NCBI GenBank assembly: GCA_041690495.1
Contig: JAWLHE010000004.1
Coordinates: 139,544-203,543 of the forward strand
Direction: 5' to 3'
Origin: Alphaproteobacteria bacterium
GTDB lineage: Bacteria; Pseudomonadota; Alphaproteobacteria; CACIAM-22H2
DNA length: 64,000 nt
Positions 19,785 through 29,705 of the stretch are shown in pieces (position 1 is the first letter of the stretch; each line of letters opens with the position of its first letter). Under the pieces are notes generated by a model, which did not search any database, had not been told where the DNA came from, and saw only the letters and a program-made list of their open reading frames with translations. Made by a program: the position numbers and the translations under genes.

Positions 19785-20885
19785 TCAGATTTGCGCGGAA
19801 TTCGCCTCGGACAGCAGCACGCAGCGCTCCGGCGCGACATGCATCAGCGCGCGATCACCGTGCGCGCGGAGGACAGTCGGCGGCGCCTGAACGATGAGTC
19901 TGCCGCCCTGCGCGGTGCCGATCTCGTACTCGACGGTCTTGCCCGAGAAGACCGAGGCATGGATCGTTCCCTCGAAGACATTGCCCGACGGTGCCGCATC
20001 GTCGACGAACTGGATGCATTCCGGGCGGATCAAGACGTGAGTCGCCGTGTCCGCCAGATCGGCGTGGACGCCGGCAACCATGTCGCCGGCCGCGGTCCTG
20101 ACGCGAACGCCGGCACCCGCCCGACCGAGCACCGTGCACGCGAGCAGGTTGGCCTGGCCGATGAAGCGCGCCGTGAACGGATGGCGCGGGCGCAGGTAGA
20201 GATCGACGGGTGAGCCGGTCTCGACGATCTTTCCGGCGCTCATCACGGCGATACGATCGGACAGGGCCAGAGCCTCTTCCTGATCGTGGGTGACGTAGAT
20301 CGAGGTGGTGCCGACATGCCGCTGCAGCTCGCGAAGCTCCAGCCGCATCTGCTCGCGCAGCTTGGCATCCAGATTGGACAGCGGCTCGTCCAGCAGCAGG
20401 ACCTTGGCCTGCTTGACGACGGCGCGAGCCACCGCGACGCGCTGCTGCTGTCCGCCGGAGAGCTGGGTCGCGGGACGGTCGATGTAATCAAGCAGGCCGA
20501 CGAGGCGCAGCGCCTCCTCCACCTTGGCGCGCGCCGCGCCGCGCCTTATCCCCATCGCATCCAGCGGAAAGACGACGTTCTCAAAGACGGTCATATGCGG
20601 CCAGATCGCATAGGACTGGAACACCATCGAGATGTCGCGCTTCTGCGTCGGCACAAGGATGCCGTCTCCAGCCGTGAAGATCGGCTTTCCGGCAATGCGT
20701 ATGCTGCCGCCGGTCGGTGTTTCGAGACCGGCGATACTGCGCAGCGTGGTCGTCTTGCCGCATCCGCTCGGTCCCAGCAGCGTGAAGAACTCCCCTGCCT
20801 CGACCTTGAACGACACGTCGTCGACGGCACGATAGGTCCTGTCGGCGAGCGGGTACTCCACGAACAGGCCGGAGACTTCCAGCAT
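19785..20885 (-). CDS. ABC transporter ATP-binding protein (PotA/FbpC-like)
   Basis: Walker A GPSGCGKTT, signature LSGGQQQRVAVARA, Walker B LLLDEPLS, plus a C-terminal TOBE-like region. Confidence 0.9.
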   Translation of the reverse strand: MLEVSGLFVEYPLADRTYRAVDDVSFKVEAGEFFTLLGPSGCGKTTTLRSIAGLETPTGGSIRIAGKPIFTAGDGILVPTQKRDISMVFQSYAIWPHMTVFENVVFPLDAMGIRRGAARAKVEEALRLVGLLDYIDRPATQLSGGQQQRVAVARAVVKQAKVLLLDEPLSNLDAKLREQMRLELRELQRHVGTTSIYVTHDQEEALALSDRIAVMSAGKIVETGSPVDLYLRPRHPFTARFIGQANLLACTVLGRAGAGVRVRTAAGDMVAGVHADLADTATHVLIRPECIQFVDDAAPSGNVFEGTIHASVFSGKTVEYEIGTAQGGRLIVQAPPTVLRAHGDRALMHVAPERCVLLSEANSAQI

Positions 20886-20889
20886 GGCC

Positions 20890-22614
20890 CTAACCTTTCA
20901 TCCCGGAGAGTCGGCCGCGCTGAACCGCGATCTGCCATAGCGAAACGACCAGGAGCATGGCGACGACGAGCCATACGCCGACCGCCGCAGCCTTGTTCGG
21001 CTCGCCACCGGACCAGTAATTCCACAACAGCACCGGCAGCGTCCGATTGTCGCCGCCCTGCAGAAGCAGCGCCGACGCCAGCTCGCGCATGCAATGGGCA
21101 ACCACCCAGATCCACACGGCGACAATGGCAGGCAGCGCGAGCGGCACAATAATGCGCCGCATGAGACGCAGCCAGCCGGCGCCGCTGGTTCGCGCCGCGT
21201 CCTCGAGATCCTGATGGAGCTGGGCCATGACGCCGTGAGTGGCGCGGCTGCCGAACGATATGTAATTGGTTACGTAGGCGATGACGATGATCCAGATGGT
21301 ACCGTAGACGTCGAGGAAGTTGATGGTCAGGTAGACGTAGATGAGCGCCACGCCGATCATCGTGCCCGGAATGGCGATTGGCAGAAATGCAAGCGCATCG
21401 ATGATGCGGCGCCCGGGCGCCCGGCTGCGCACGACCAGCCACGAGACCAGGCCCGACAACAGTGCCACGACCGTGGCCGCGACCAGCGCGATCACAATGG
21501 AGTTCTGAGTTGCCTGTAGGACCCGCCGGTTGGCGAAGAACGCCTCATGGTTGGTCAGGGTCAGCTTCGACAGCATTTCGATCGAGACCGGCGCCTGATA
21601 AGGCATCAGGCTCGTCCAGACGAGGATGCCGACCGGTGCCAGCGTCGCGAGGAAGAAATACAGCGCGACGAGGCCGAAGGCGGGCCAGCGCCAGCGCCCC
21701 AGGCGGAACGGCCGGACCCGATAGTTCTTGCCGGTCACCGTGACGAAGCGGCCCGACTGGCCCGTCGCCCGCTGATAGCCGTAGGCGAGCAGCAGCAGCA
21801 CGAACAGAAAGAAGATCGCGATGGCGCTGATGAGGCCGTACTGGGAGATGCCCCCGGCCGCGTCGTTGGCGAGATAGACGATCCGGCTGGCCAGAACGAA
21901 GATCCCGACCGGCATGCCGATCGTGCCCGGAATGTCGAAAACCAGAAACCCGACCATGAGGAGGAAGGCGCCGGCCGCCAGAAGCGCGGGCAGGAGCAGC
22001 GGCAGCAGGATACGCCGGATCATCATCGCGACGCTCGCGCCCGAAGTCAGAGCGGCCTCCTCGAGATTCGGATCCATGTTGCGGAATGCCGGGGAAAGCA
22101 TCAGGAACGACGAAGGAACCAGCGACAGCGTCTCGACGAAGATCATCCCGCCGAGCGAGAAGATGTTGAACGGCGCAGCCGTGAGGCCGAACGCGGCCTT
22201 CAGCATATCGTTGAAGAAACCGGTGCGCGGGCTCAGCAGCATCACCCAGCCGATAGCGAGCAGTACCGGCGGCGTCGCCATCGGCAGGATCACCATCACG
22301 CGGACCAGACCGCGTGCCGGAAGATCCGTGCGCTCGACGAGCCATGCCATCAGCACGCCAATCGTCAGCGCGCCCGCCATCGCGCCGAGCGCGAACCTGG
22401 CCGTCGTCCAGACCAATCCATAGAACGCCGGGTCCGCATAGGTCTTGACGTAATTGCCGAGGGTCCAGCCGGGATCCAGCGGCAGCCCCGATGGCGTGAA
22501 ACTGCTGATCAGCAGGATCACGAGCGGGACCACCACCAGATAGGCAAGGATGCCGCCAAGGGCGATGCTCGGCAGCCATCGCCCGGGCGACGCCGCAGCG
22601 CGCGTGGCGCTCAC
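20890..22614 (-). CDS. ABC transporter permease, duplicated two-domain (FbpB-like)
   Basis: 574-aa polytopic protein. The 4-nt gap to the ATPase gene suggests coupling. Confidence 0.85.
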   Translation of the reverse strand: MSATRAAASPGRWLPSIALGGILAYLVVVPLVILLISSFTPSGLPLDPGWTLGNYVKTYADPAFYGLVWTTARFALGAMAGALTIGVLMAWLVERTDLPARGLVRVMVILPMATPPVLLAIGWVMLLSPRTGFFNDMLKAAFGLTAAPFNIFSLGGMIFVETLSLVPSSFLMLSPAFRNMDPNLEEAALTSGASVAMMIRRILLPLLLPALLAAGAFLLMVGFLVFDIPGTIGMPVGIFVLASRIVYLANDAAGGISQYGLISAIAIFFLFVLLLLAYGYQRATGQSGRFVTVTGKNYRVRPFRLGRWRWPAFGLVALYFFLATLAPVGILVWTSLMPYQAPVSIEMLSKLTLTNHEAFFANRRVLQATQNSIVIALVAATVVALLSGLVSWLVVRSRAPGRRIIDALAFLPIAIPGTMIGVALIYVYLTINFLDVYGTIWIIVIAYVTNYISFGSRATHGVMAQLHQDLEDAARTSGAGWLRLMRRIIVPLALPAIVAVWIWVVAHCMRELASALLLQGGDNRTLPVLLWNYWSGGEPNKAAAVGVWLVVAMLLVVSLWQIAVQRGRLSGMKG

Positions 22615-22687
22615 CGCGATCGGCCCCTCGGACCCTGCATCCGCGCGTCGTCAACGAGCATTGCGTGTCGATACAGCAGCGCGGCGT

Positions 22688-23728
22688 TCAGCGGGCCTGG
22701 CCGACTCCGGCGAGCATCTTGTTGAACTTTTCGTTCAGCTCGCCAAGCACGCCCGACTCCTCGATCGGGAACTCCGTCGCGTTCTTTCCCTTGATCAGCG
22801 CCGCGGCCTTCGTTCCTTCCAGCAGATGCGTGCCGCGGCTGGTCGCGTCCTCGTAGGCCTTTGCGCCTTCGGGAGAAGAGAGCCAGGCAAGCAGAAGCTT
22901 CGCGCCGTCGGGATTGCGCGACGTCTTGCTGATCGAGGTGTAGATCGTATGCATAGGGGTCGGATCAAGCGCCCGGAACTTCAAGGGAGCTCCGGCCCTA
23001 ATCGGCGGCTGCGCGGTGTGATAGAAGCCGATCGCGACGTCGACCTCGCCCGCCGCGACCTGCTGGGCCAGGGGAAAGGTCGACTTGAACAGGAACGGCT
23101 TGAGCTCGATGAACCGCTTGAGCGCGGCCTCGGCCTTCTCCGCGCCCCATGCGCTTGCGAGCTCCGCAAATGCCGACGCGCGCACCCATGACCCCATCCG
23201 TCCGGTCCATTTCGGATCCAGGACCTCTTCCCAGGACTTGGGAGCCTCGCTGTCCTTGACCTTGTTCGTGTTCCACAGCAGCACGTAGATCGAGGCCGAG
23301 GTCGCCACCGTGAAATCGGTCGGCGCAAGGCGCTTCGGGATGCCGATTTCCGCCCAGTTGACGCGCGCGAGAATGTCCCGCTCGTTGAGCTGCCAGATGT
23401 GATCGGCGCCGCCGGTCAGGACGTCGCCGGTGTAGCCCCGCGCCTGCATTTCCTGCACCGCACGCGACGCGAACTCGTTTCCGCCGACGACGCGGACGAA
23501 TTTCACCCGCACCTTGGGATAGCGCTTGTTGAACGTCGCGAGCACGGCATCGATCTGCTCCTCGGGAGAGCTCTCGTACCAGACCACTTCGGCGCCCTTT
23601 GCGGCCTTGGCGGCAAGGTCGCCGAGCACATCGGCCCCGGCTGGCGCTGCAGTGGACGCAAAGGCGGCGATCAGCACGGCAGCGGAGAGCCGGCGCAGGT
23701 TCAGACGCTTCTTCACGGGATTCAGCAT
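22688..23728 (-). CDS. ABC transporter periplasmic substrate-binding protein (family 1, Fe3+/polyamine-like)
   Basis: Signal peptide LSAAVLIAAFASTAAPAGA. About 346 aa. Positioned directly upstream of the permease and ATPase genes. Confidence 0.8.
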   Translation of the reverse strand: MLNPVKKRLNLRRLSAAVLIAAFASTAAPAGADVLGDLAAKAAKGAEVVWYESSPEEQIDAVLATFNKRYPKVRVKFVRVVGGNEFASRAVQEMQARGYTGDVLTGGADHIWQLNERDILARVNWAEIGIPKRLAPTDFTVATSASIYVLLWNTNKVKDSEAPKSWEEVLDPKWTGRMGSWVRASAFAELASAWGAEKAEAALKRFIELKPFLFKSTFPLAQQVAAGEVDVAIGFYHTAQPPIRAGAPLKFRALDPTPMHTIYTSISKTSRNPDGAKLLLAWLSSPEGAKAYEDATSRGTHLLEGTKAAALIKGKNATEFPIEESGVLGELNEKFNKMLAGVGQAR

Positions 23729-23815
23729 TGGTGCGTTCGCTCCGAATTTATTGGTTGCTTAACTGCGTTGTTGCGCTGCCGTAAGACGGCGCAACGAACA
23801 AAGACGGCCGCCGCA

Positions 23816-25399
23816 TCAACCGCAGCAACCGCCCCCATGGGTTTGACACTCATGGCGGACGACGTGCGGGTTGCTTGCGGACATGTCGGTGACGCCGCCG
23901 CCGGTCAGCCAGAAGCCGGCATTGTCATGGCAGAACTTCGGATCGGCGCCGACCATCGGCATGAACAGGTGATGCCAGTTGCGGCAGATGTTGAGTTCCG
24001 CCTTGACCCAGCCCAGCGGATCGCGCGCGTAGTGCTTCCAGTAATCGCCGCGCACGTTGAGGCCGGGCACGGCGGGAATCCACGATTCCGACAGCCACAG
24101 GTCGGGATCGCCGTGCTTTGCCGCCATACGGCGAATGCCCGGATCGTCGAGCGCAAGCAGGCGGCCGTCCTCGATCAGGGTCTCGTTGTCGCCCTCGCGC
24201 TCGAGCTTCACGGTCGGGAAATAGAGATGCAGATGCCAGTGGCCGACCTGGAGCCCCTGCTTCGCGGCGCGCCGTTCGTCCATCGACGAGATGATGGTGC
24301 CAAAGCCGATATGGATGACGCCGGAGCGCACGCGCTCGTACAGGCAGTTGATCCAGCCCGACGGGAAGCCGGCACGCGGCCGGTGGATGTGCGGGTTGGT
24401 GCCGATCGACGCTTCCCACCAGTACATCAGTCCCTTGCCCGGGAAGCCGGGATACTGGAGATGGTCGGTCTCGGCCTTGAGCCTGCGCAGCTTGTCGCCG
24501 AACTCCGCGCCTTCGCGGATGTCGGTGATGCGACTGTTCTCGACGACGAGCTGGGTCCAGTCGACGGGCGCTATGTGGTTGGTCGTACCGGCAATGACGC
24601 CGTTGCCGTCCTCCTTGCCGGGCAGGTAGAGCCACGGCTTGCCGAGCACGTGGCCCGGCAGATAGGTGCGCCCGAACTGCTCGTTGCCCGCCCAGGTCTG
24701 CGCCACCAGGTCCGGATTGAAGTTCTCGCGCTTCGAATCGTAGTAACCGGCGTGGTTGGTGTACTCGACGTCCGTACCCTCGGGATCGGTGATGCGCACG
24801 CGCTTCGATGCACGCACCCGCTCCCACGTCCACATGTCGATTGCGTGCAGCAGCTCGTAGGGCATGGTGTGCGCCGGCGAGGCGAGAATCTCGGGCGTGA
24901 TGAACGGCATGCGCTGGATCTTCATGTGGGTGTCGACCAGCACCGGGCCGCCGTAACCCCAAAGCAGCTTGTCGTACTTACCCTCTTTGGACATCTCGTC
25001 CCACTGGTCCATCCAGTCGGCGAGCTCCTTGGTGCGGCGCAGATAGTATTCGACCTCGTCGGCGCCGACCCACTCAGGCACCGGGCCCTTGTCGGCCATC
25101 AGGATCTCGTACTTGCAGCCGTACTTCTCGAGGATCTTCTTGCATGCCTCGATCACCATCGGATCGTGCCAGTTGTCGACGCGCAGCAGTACGCGCTCGC
25201 CCGGCTTCAGATCCCAGCACGCATGAAGTCCCTGGTTGTAGGGCCGCTTCGCCACCGCATCGAGATAGGGCAACAGCTGGTCCGACGACGTGATCTCGAG
25301 CATCGGCGGGCAGCGCGGCGGACGCTTCGCCATCAGCGGCGGGGTTGCATAGGCGGGCACGAGGGCGGGCTGGGTTGAAGCGATGGGCTGGTCGAGCAC
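23816..25399 (-). CDS. Unassigned 527-aa protein, distantly M29-aminopeptidase/NicX-like, with a Cys/His-rich C-terminal tail
   Basis: GTG start preceded by AGGAGG with 5-nt spacing. VIHIGFGT and GHWHLHLYFPTVKLE..LIEDGRL resemble the HIAFG / HxDW..dG C-terminal blocks of M29 peptidases and NicX (HIGWG / CHLDIPL). Ends ..RHECQTHGGGCCG. The CDS itself is confident (about 0.9); the function is not. Confidence 0.5.
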   Translation of the reverse strand: MLDQPIASTQPALVPAYATPPLMAKRPPRCPPMLEITSSDQLLPYLDAVAKRPYNQGLHACWDLKPGERVLLRVDNWHDPMVIEACKKILEKYGCKYEILMADKGPVPEWVGADEVEYYLRRTKELADWMDQWDEMSKEGKYDKLLWGYGGPVLVDTHMKIQRMPFITPEILASPAHTMPYELLHAIDMWTWERVRASKRVRITDPEGTDVEYTNHAGYYDSKRENFNPDLVAQTWAGNEQFGRTYLPGHVLGKPWLYLPGKEDGNGVIAGTTNHIAPVDWTQLVVENSRITDIREGAEFGDKLRRLKAETDHLQYPGFPGKGLMYWWEASIGTNPHIHRPRAGFPSGWINCLYERVRSGVIHIGFGTIISSMDERRAAKQGLQVGHWHLHLYFPTVKLEREGDNETLIEDGRLLALDDPGIRRMAAKHGDPDLWLSESWIPAVPGLNVRGDYWKHYARDPLGWVKAELNICRNWHHLFMPMVGADPKFCHDNAGFWLTGGGVTDMSASNPHVVRHECQTHGGGCCG

Positions 25400-25448
25400 G
25401 TCTTCCTCCTCGCGGGGGGAAGTGCTGCCCCGCGCTGTTTCGGGAATA

Positions 25449-25521
25449 TTGGATGCAAAATCTGATGACCGTCAATGCCCAATGCGGTATGAAGGTCGAG
25501 TGTGGCAAGATTTGCATCCAA
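25449..25521. promoter_or_regulatory. Inverted repeat TTGGATGCAAAATC / GATTTGCATCCAA spanning the divergent promoter and gntR start
   Basis: Arms at 25449-25462 and 25509-25521 are reverse complements apart from one extra A. They lie between the 527-aa gene start (25399) and the first codons of the GntR gene. Confidence 0.35.
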
Positions 25522-26279
25522 AAACGGGCCAGCCGGCATCGACCAATCTCGACCATGCCACCCAACGGCTGCGCGAGCTGGTGCTGTCCGGCACGTTTGC
25601 ACCCGACCGCAAGATCGGCGAAGAGGCGGTCGCGCGCGCGCTCGGACTGTCGCGAACGCCGGCGCGCATCGCAATGGCGACGCTGGAGCGCGAAGGCCTG
25701 CTGGTGCGCACGCCGCGCCGCGGCTATCGCGTGCGCTCCTTCACGCTTGACGAAGTGGCCGACGCCATCGACGTGCGCGGCGAACTCGAGGGAATGGCGG
25801 CTCGGCTGCTTGCCGAGCGAGGGCTCGAAGCGGCGGTCGCGGCGCGCCTAGAAGCGGCGCTGGCGCAGTCCGAGACGATCGTCGAGCGCAGCGCCCTCGA
25901 TGTCGCAGACCGGCTCGCCTGGACCCAGTCGAACCTCGATTTCCACTTCGCGCTGGTCGACGGCAGCGGCAACACGGCGCTACGCGCCGCATTCGAACAG
26001 GTCGTCCGGATTCCGCTCGCCTCGCCGCGCGCCATCATCTTCGCGGTCGCGACCACCGACCGCTCGCGCGGCCAGCTCCGCCGCGCGCACGAGGATCACG
26101 CGCGCGTCGTCGATGCAATTCGCAAGCGCCGCGGCAGCCGTGCTGCCGAAATCATGCGCGACCATGCGCTGCGCTCCAGCGACAACAAGCGGCGCAACTT
26201 CCACAGCATCGGCGGCGAGGCGCTGCTGGTCGGCCAGAGCGGCACGGCCCTGGTGCGCGATCCGCCGCTCGCTGCGTAA
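25482..26279 (+). CDS. GntR-family transcriptional regulator (FadR/FCD subfamily)
   Basis: wHTH IGEEAVARALGLSRTPARIAMATLEREGLLV plus a helical FCD-like C-terminus. The start is uncertain: ATG 25482 has no SD, while in-frame GTG 25500 has GAAGG 4 nt upstream. Confidence 0.85.
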   Translation: MRYEGRVWQDLHPKTGQPASTNLDHATQRLRELVLSGTFAPDRKIGEEAVARALGLSRTPARIAMATLEREGLLVRTPRRGYRVRSFTLDEVADAIDVRGELEGMAARLLAERGLEAAVAARLEAALAQSETIVERSALDVADRLAWTQSNLDFHFALVDGSGNTALRAAFEQVVRIPLASPRAIIFAVATTDRSRGQLRRAHEDHARVVDAIRKRRGSRAAEIMRDHALRSSDNKRRNFHSIGGEALLVGQSGTALVRDPPLAA

Positions 26280-26315
26280 GTCATCACGCTTCAAGAAAAC
26301 GCATCAGGAGGAAAC

Positions 26316-27305
26316 ATGAAGAAAGCCACCGTCGCCCGTCGCCATCTCGCTGCCGTCATGGCAGGCGCCGCGCTGTTTCTTGCCGGCGTCGCGCAGGCGC
26401 AGTCCCACTACCCGAACAAGCCGATCCGCCTGATCGTGCCGTTTGCGCCGGGCGGCGGCGGCGACACCCTCGCGCGCACGGTGACGCAGCCCGCCTCGGA
26501 AGCGCTCGGCCAGCAGATCGTCATCGAGAACCGCCCCGGCGCCGGCGGCAATCTCGGTGCGGCCGCCGCCGCAAAGGCGGAGCCGGACGGATACACCCTG
26601 TTCTACGGCACCAACGGCACGCATGCGATCAATCACGCGCTCTATGCCAATCCGGGCTTCGATCCGGTCAAGGATTTCGCGCCGGTGGCGCGGCTGACCC
26701 GTATCGGCATGGTGGTCGTGGTCAATCCCGAGGTGCCCGCCAAATCGGTACCGGAGCTTCTGGCTTATCTGAAGAAGAACCCCGGCAAATCGACATTCGG
26801 GTCGGCGGGCAACGGCACCAGCTCGCACATCGCCGGCGAGATGTTCAAGATGCGCACCGGCACAGACATCCTGCACGTACCCTATCGCGGCAACGGCCCG
26901 GCGATGATCGACCTCGTTGCCGGCCGGATCAACATGATGATCGATGTCATGCCGGCGGCATACCCGCATGCCGAGGCCGGCAAGATCCGCGCGCTGGCGG
27001 TGACGACGCTGACGCCGGTCGCGAGCGCGCCGAAGCTGCCGACGCTCGACTCGTCTGGCATCCAAGGCTTCGAGCTCAGCGCATGGGACGGCATCTGGGC
27101 ACCGGCCGGCACGCCGCGGCCGATCATCGAAAAGCTGAACGCCGCCTACAACAAGGCGCTGAACAACCCACAGACCAAGGAGCGGCTGTTCGCGCGCGGC
27201 GCCGAGCCGGTCCCCGGCACGCCGGACGACCTGGCGAAGCACGTCGCCAGCGAGCTGCCGAAATGGGCCGAGGTGGTAAAGAAGTCCGGCGCCAAGGTGG
27301 ACTGA
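26316..27305 (+). CDS. Bug/TctC-family tripartite tricarboxylate transporter substrate-binding protein (orphan)
   Basis: AGGAGG SD, signal peptide, YPNKPIRLIVPFAPGGGGDTLAR. Confidence 0.85.
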   Translation: MKKATVARRHLAAVMAGAALFLAGVAQAQSHYPNKPIRLIVPFAPGGGGDTLARTVTQPASEALGQQIVIENRPGAGGNLGAAAAAKAEPDGYTLFYGTNGTHAINHALYANPGFDPVKDFAPVARLTRIGMVVVVNPEVPAKSVPELLAYLKKNPGKSTFGSAGNGTSSHIAGEMFKMRTGTDILHVPYRGNGPAMIDLVAGRINMMIDVMPAAYPHAEAGKIRALAVTTLTPVASAPKLPTLDSSGIQGFELSAWDGIWAPAGTPRPIIEKLNAAYNKALNNPQTKERLFARGAEPVPGTPDDLAKHVASELPKWAEVVKKSGAKVD

Positions 27306-27337
27306 TCGCGCGACCCTTTCCGAGGCCGAAGAAGAGG

Positions 27338-27367
27338 GCCCTTCCACGCGCCGGCGCGTGGAAGGGC
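27338..27367. terminator. Perfect 30-nt palindrome between convergent genes (bidirectional terminator candidate)
   Basis: GCCCTTCCACGCGCC/GGCGCGTGGAAGGGC, located between the Bug gene stop (27305) and the MCP stop (27400). Confidence 0.55.
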
Positions 27368-27399
27368 GTGCCTCGTTTCGCGGCGGATCGTGCGCCCCC

Positions 27400-29562
27400 T
27401 CACCCCACGCGGATACGGGCGAGGAACTGGTCGACCGAGCCGCGCAGAGTCTCCGCCTGGCGGGCGAGTGCTTCCGAGGCCTCGAGCACCTGGCTGGCGG
27501 CGGAGCCGGTCTGACTGGCGGCCTGGGCGACGCCGGTGATGTTCGACGACACCTCGCCGGTGCCGCGCGCCGCTTCCTGAACGTTGCGCGCGATCTCCTG
27601 CGTCGCCGAACCCTGTTCCTCGACCGCGGCGGCGATCGAGTTGGCGATCTCGTTGACGCGGTTGATGGTGGCGCCGATCGCGGCGATCGCCTCGACCGAG
27701 CTGCCGGTCGTCGACTGGATCGCATTGATCTGCGCCGTGATCTCCTCGGTCGCCTTGCCGGTCTGGGTGGCGAGGTTCTTGACCTCGCTCGCCACGACGG
27801 CAAAGCCCTTGCCGGCTTCGCCGGCGCGCGCCGCCTCGATCGTCGCGTTGAGTGCCAGCAGGTTGGTCTGCCCGGCGATGTCGCTGATCAGCTTGACCAC
27901 GTCGCCGATCTTCTGGGCGGCGTCGGCGAGGCTCCTGACGGTCGAATTGGTGCGCTCGGCCTCGGTCACCGCCTGGCCGGCGATCCTGGTCGATTCGGCG
28001 ACCTGGCGCGCGATCTCGGCGATCGAGCTCGACAGCTCCTCGGCGGCTGTGGCGACCGTGCCGACATTCGCCGTGGTCTGCTCCGAAACGGCCGCGACCG
28101 CGGCGGTCTGGCGCGAGGCCTCGTCGGCGGTGGCCGCCATCGCATGGGCGTTGGACTGAAGCTGCGTCGAGGACGACGACACCGCCTCGACCACGCCGCG
28201 CATCTCGGCCTCGAACTCCTCCGCAAGCTTGATGCGCTCGCGGCGGCGCTGCTCGGAAGCCTCGGCCTGCTCGCGCGCCGCGCGCTCGTTGGCCTCGCGG
28301 ATCTGGACGGCGTTGTCGCGGAACACGACCAGCGCCTCTGCCATGGTGCCGATCTCGTCGCCGGTCGCCGCCGGGATCTTCGTCTCCAACTCGCCGCCGG
28401 CGATGCGCCGCATCGCCGCTTCGAGGGTCTTGAGCCGGCCGGTGACCTGGCGTCCGACATAGAGCCAGCCGATCAGGACGGCGCCGAGCGCGATCAGCAG
28501 CGCGATGACGCTGAGCAGGGTCGTGCGATCCGTGACAAGAGTCTGCGAGGCGGCGGCGGCGCTTTCGACGGCGGCCTGCTGGGCCGCGACCAGCCCGTCC
28601 ACCGAGGCGGACAGCTGCTCGCTCAGGATGCGCGCCTTCTCAACCGTCTCGTTCGCCTCCTGTGCGAGTCCGAGCTCGCGCAGCCGCATGTCGAATATGC
28701 CGGTCTCCTTGGCCATGGCCGCGTCGAGCGCCTTGATCTGCTCGAGGAGGAACTTGGCCTGGCGCTCGTCCAGCGCGCCCATCTTCTCCCTGATCGTGTG
28801 CATCGGCAGGCCGACGCGCATCGACAGCAGGCCGATCTGCCGCGCGTCGTCGGTGAAGGTCGCCTCGACGATCGTGCTGATGACGCTGCGCAGCTCGTCC
28901 TGGATATTCTTCAGGGGCTCGAAGGCGCTCTGCGCCGCGGTGATCTTCGCGACGACGTCCTTGTACGTCGTCGCGTCGGCGCTCTCAAGATTGAAGACGG
29001 AGGTGTCGAGATCCGATTTCGCGACGTTCAGCAGCAGGGTGAGAAACTTGGCGGTTTCCGATTCGGCCTTGATGACTGCGTCCATCAGCACCGCCGAACG
29101 CTCGCGGATGCCGAGACGCTCGGCGACGTTCTGTTCCAGGCTTCCGAAGCCGGCGCTCAGCTCCGCGATCGCGGTCTTGACGTTCTCGAACTCGGCGCGA
29201 TCGACATTCATCGTCTCGATGCGCGCGAGCAGCGCGTCGACCTGGGCGCTCTGCTGGGCGAGCTGGTCGACGCGGGTCTGGAGCGCTTCGGCGGTGTCGG
29301 CCCCGGCCAGCGCCGGCCCGAGGGCGACGATGCGCTCGGTCGTGCGGGCGAGCTGCAGGGCGGCGGTGATCGGCGGCAAGCGCTCGGTCGTGATCGCGTT
29401 GACGGTGCCGCCGAGCTGCGTGAACGAGACCACGGCAAACCCGGACGTGGCGACCGCGAGGCCGACGATAACGGCGAAGGACAGGAACAACCGGCCGCGA
29501 ACGCCAATGCCGATCCTGAAAGAGGTGACGAGACCGAATGCCCGGCCGGCCAGTTTCCGCAT
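27400..29562 (-). CDS. Methyl-accepting chemotaxis protein
   Basis: N-terminal TM helix, periplasmic region, second TM helix and HAMP. Signalling hairpin [37 protein letters not shown] 29562 preferred over the TTG at 29574. Confidence 0.92.
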   Translation of the reverse strand: MRKLAGRAFGLVTSFRIGIGVRGRLFLSFAVIVGLAVATSGFAVVSFTQLGGTVNAITTERLPPITAALQLARTTERIVALGPALAGADTAEALQTRVDQLAQQSAQVDALLARIETMNVDRAEFENVKTAIAELSAGFGSLEQNVAERLGIRERSAVLMDAVIKAESETAKFLTLLLNVAKSDLDTSVFNLESADATTYKDVVAKITAAQSAFEPLKNIQDELRSVISTIVEATFTDDARQIGLLSMRVGLPMHTIREKMGALDERQAKFLLEQIKALDAAMAKETGIFDMRLRELGLAQEANETVEKARILSEQLSASVDGLVAAQQAAVESAAAASQTLVTDRTTLLSVIALLIALGAVLIGWLYVGRQVTGRLKTLEAAMRRIAGGELETKIPAATGDEIGTMAEALVVFRDNAVQIREANERAAREQAEASEQRRRERIKLAEEFEAEMRGVVEAVSSSSTQLQSNAHAMAATADEASRQTAAVAAVSEQTTANVGTVATAAEELSSSIAEIARQVAESTRIAGQAVTEAERTNSTVRSLADAAQKIGDVVKLISDIAGQTNLLALNATIEAARAGEAGKGFAVVASEVKNLATQTGKATEEITAQINAIQSTTGSSVEAIAAIGATINRVNEIANSIAAAVEEQGSATQEIARNVQEAARGTGEVSSNITGVAQAASQTGSAASQVLEASEALARQAETLRGSVDQFLARIRVG

Positions 29563-29705
29563 GCTTACCCCCAAAGTCGCGTGTCCGTCCCGGCGCCATT
29601 CCGCGTTGCCGCGACGGACTGCCGAAATCGGCGCAATTAGGCCACCTCTTGCTTAAACCTGTCTTAAATCCCGGGTTGTAGGCGCAGCCTGCCCGAAAAG
29701 ACGAA

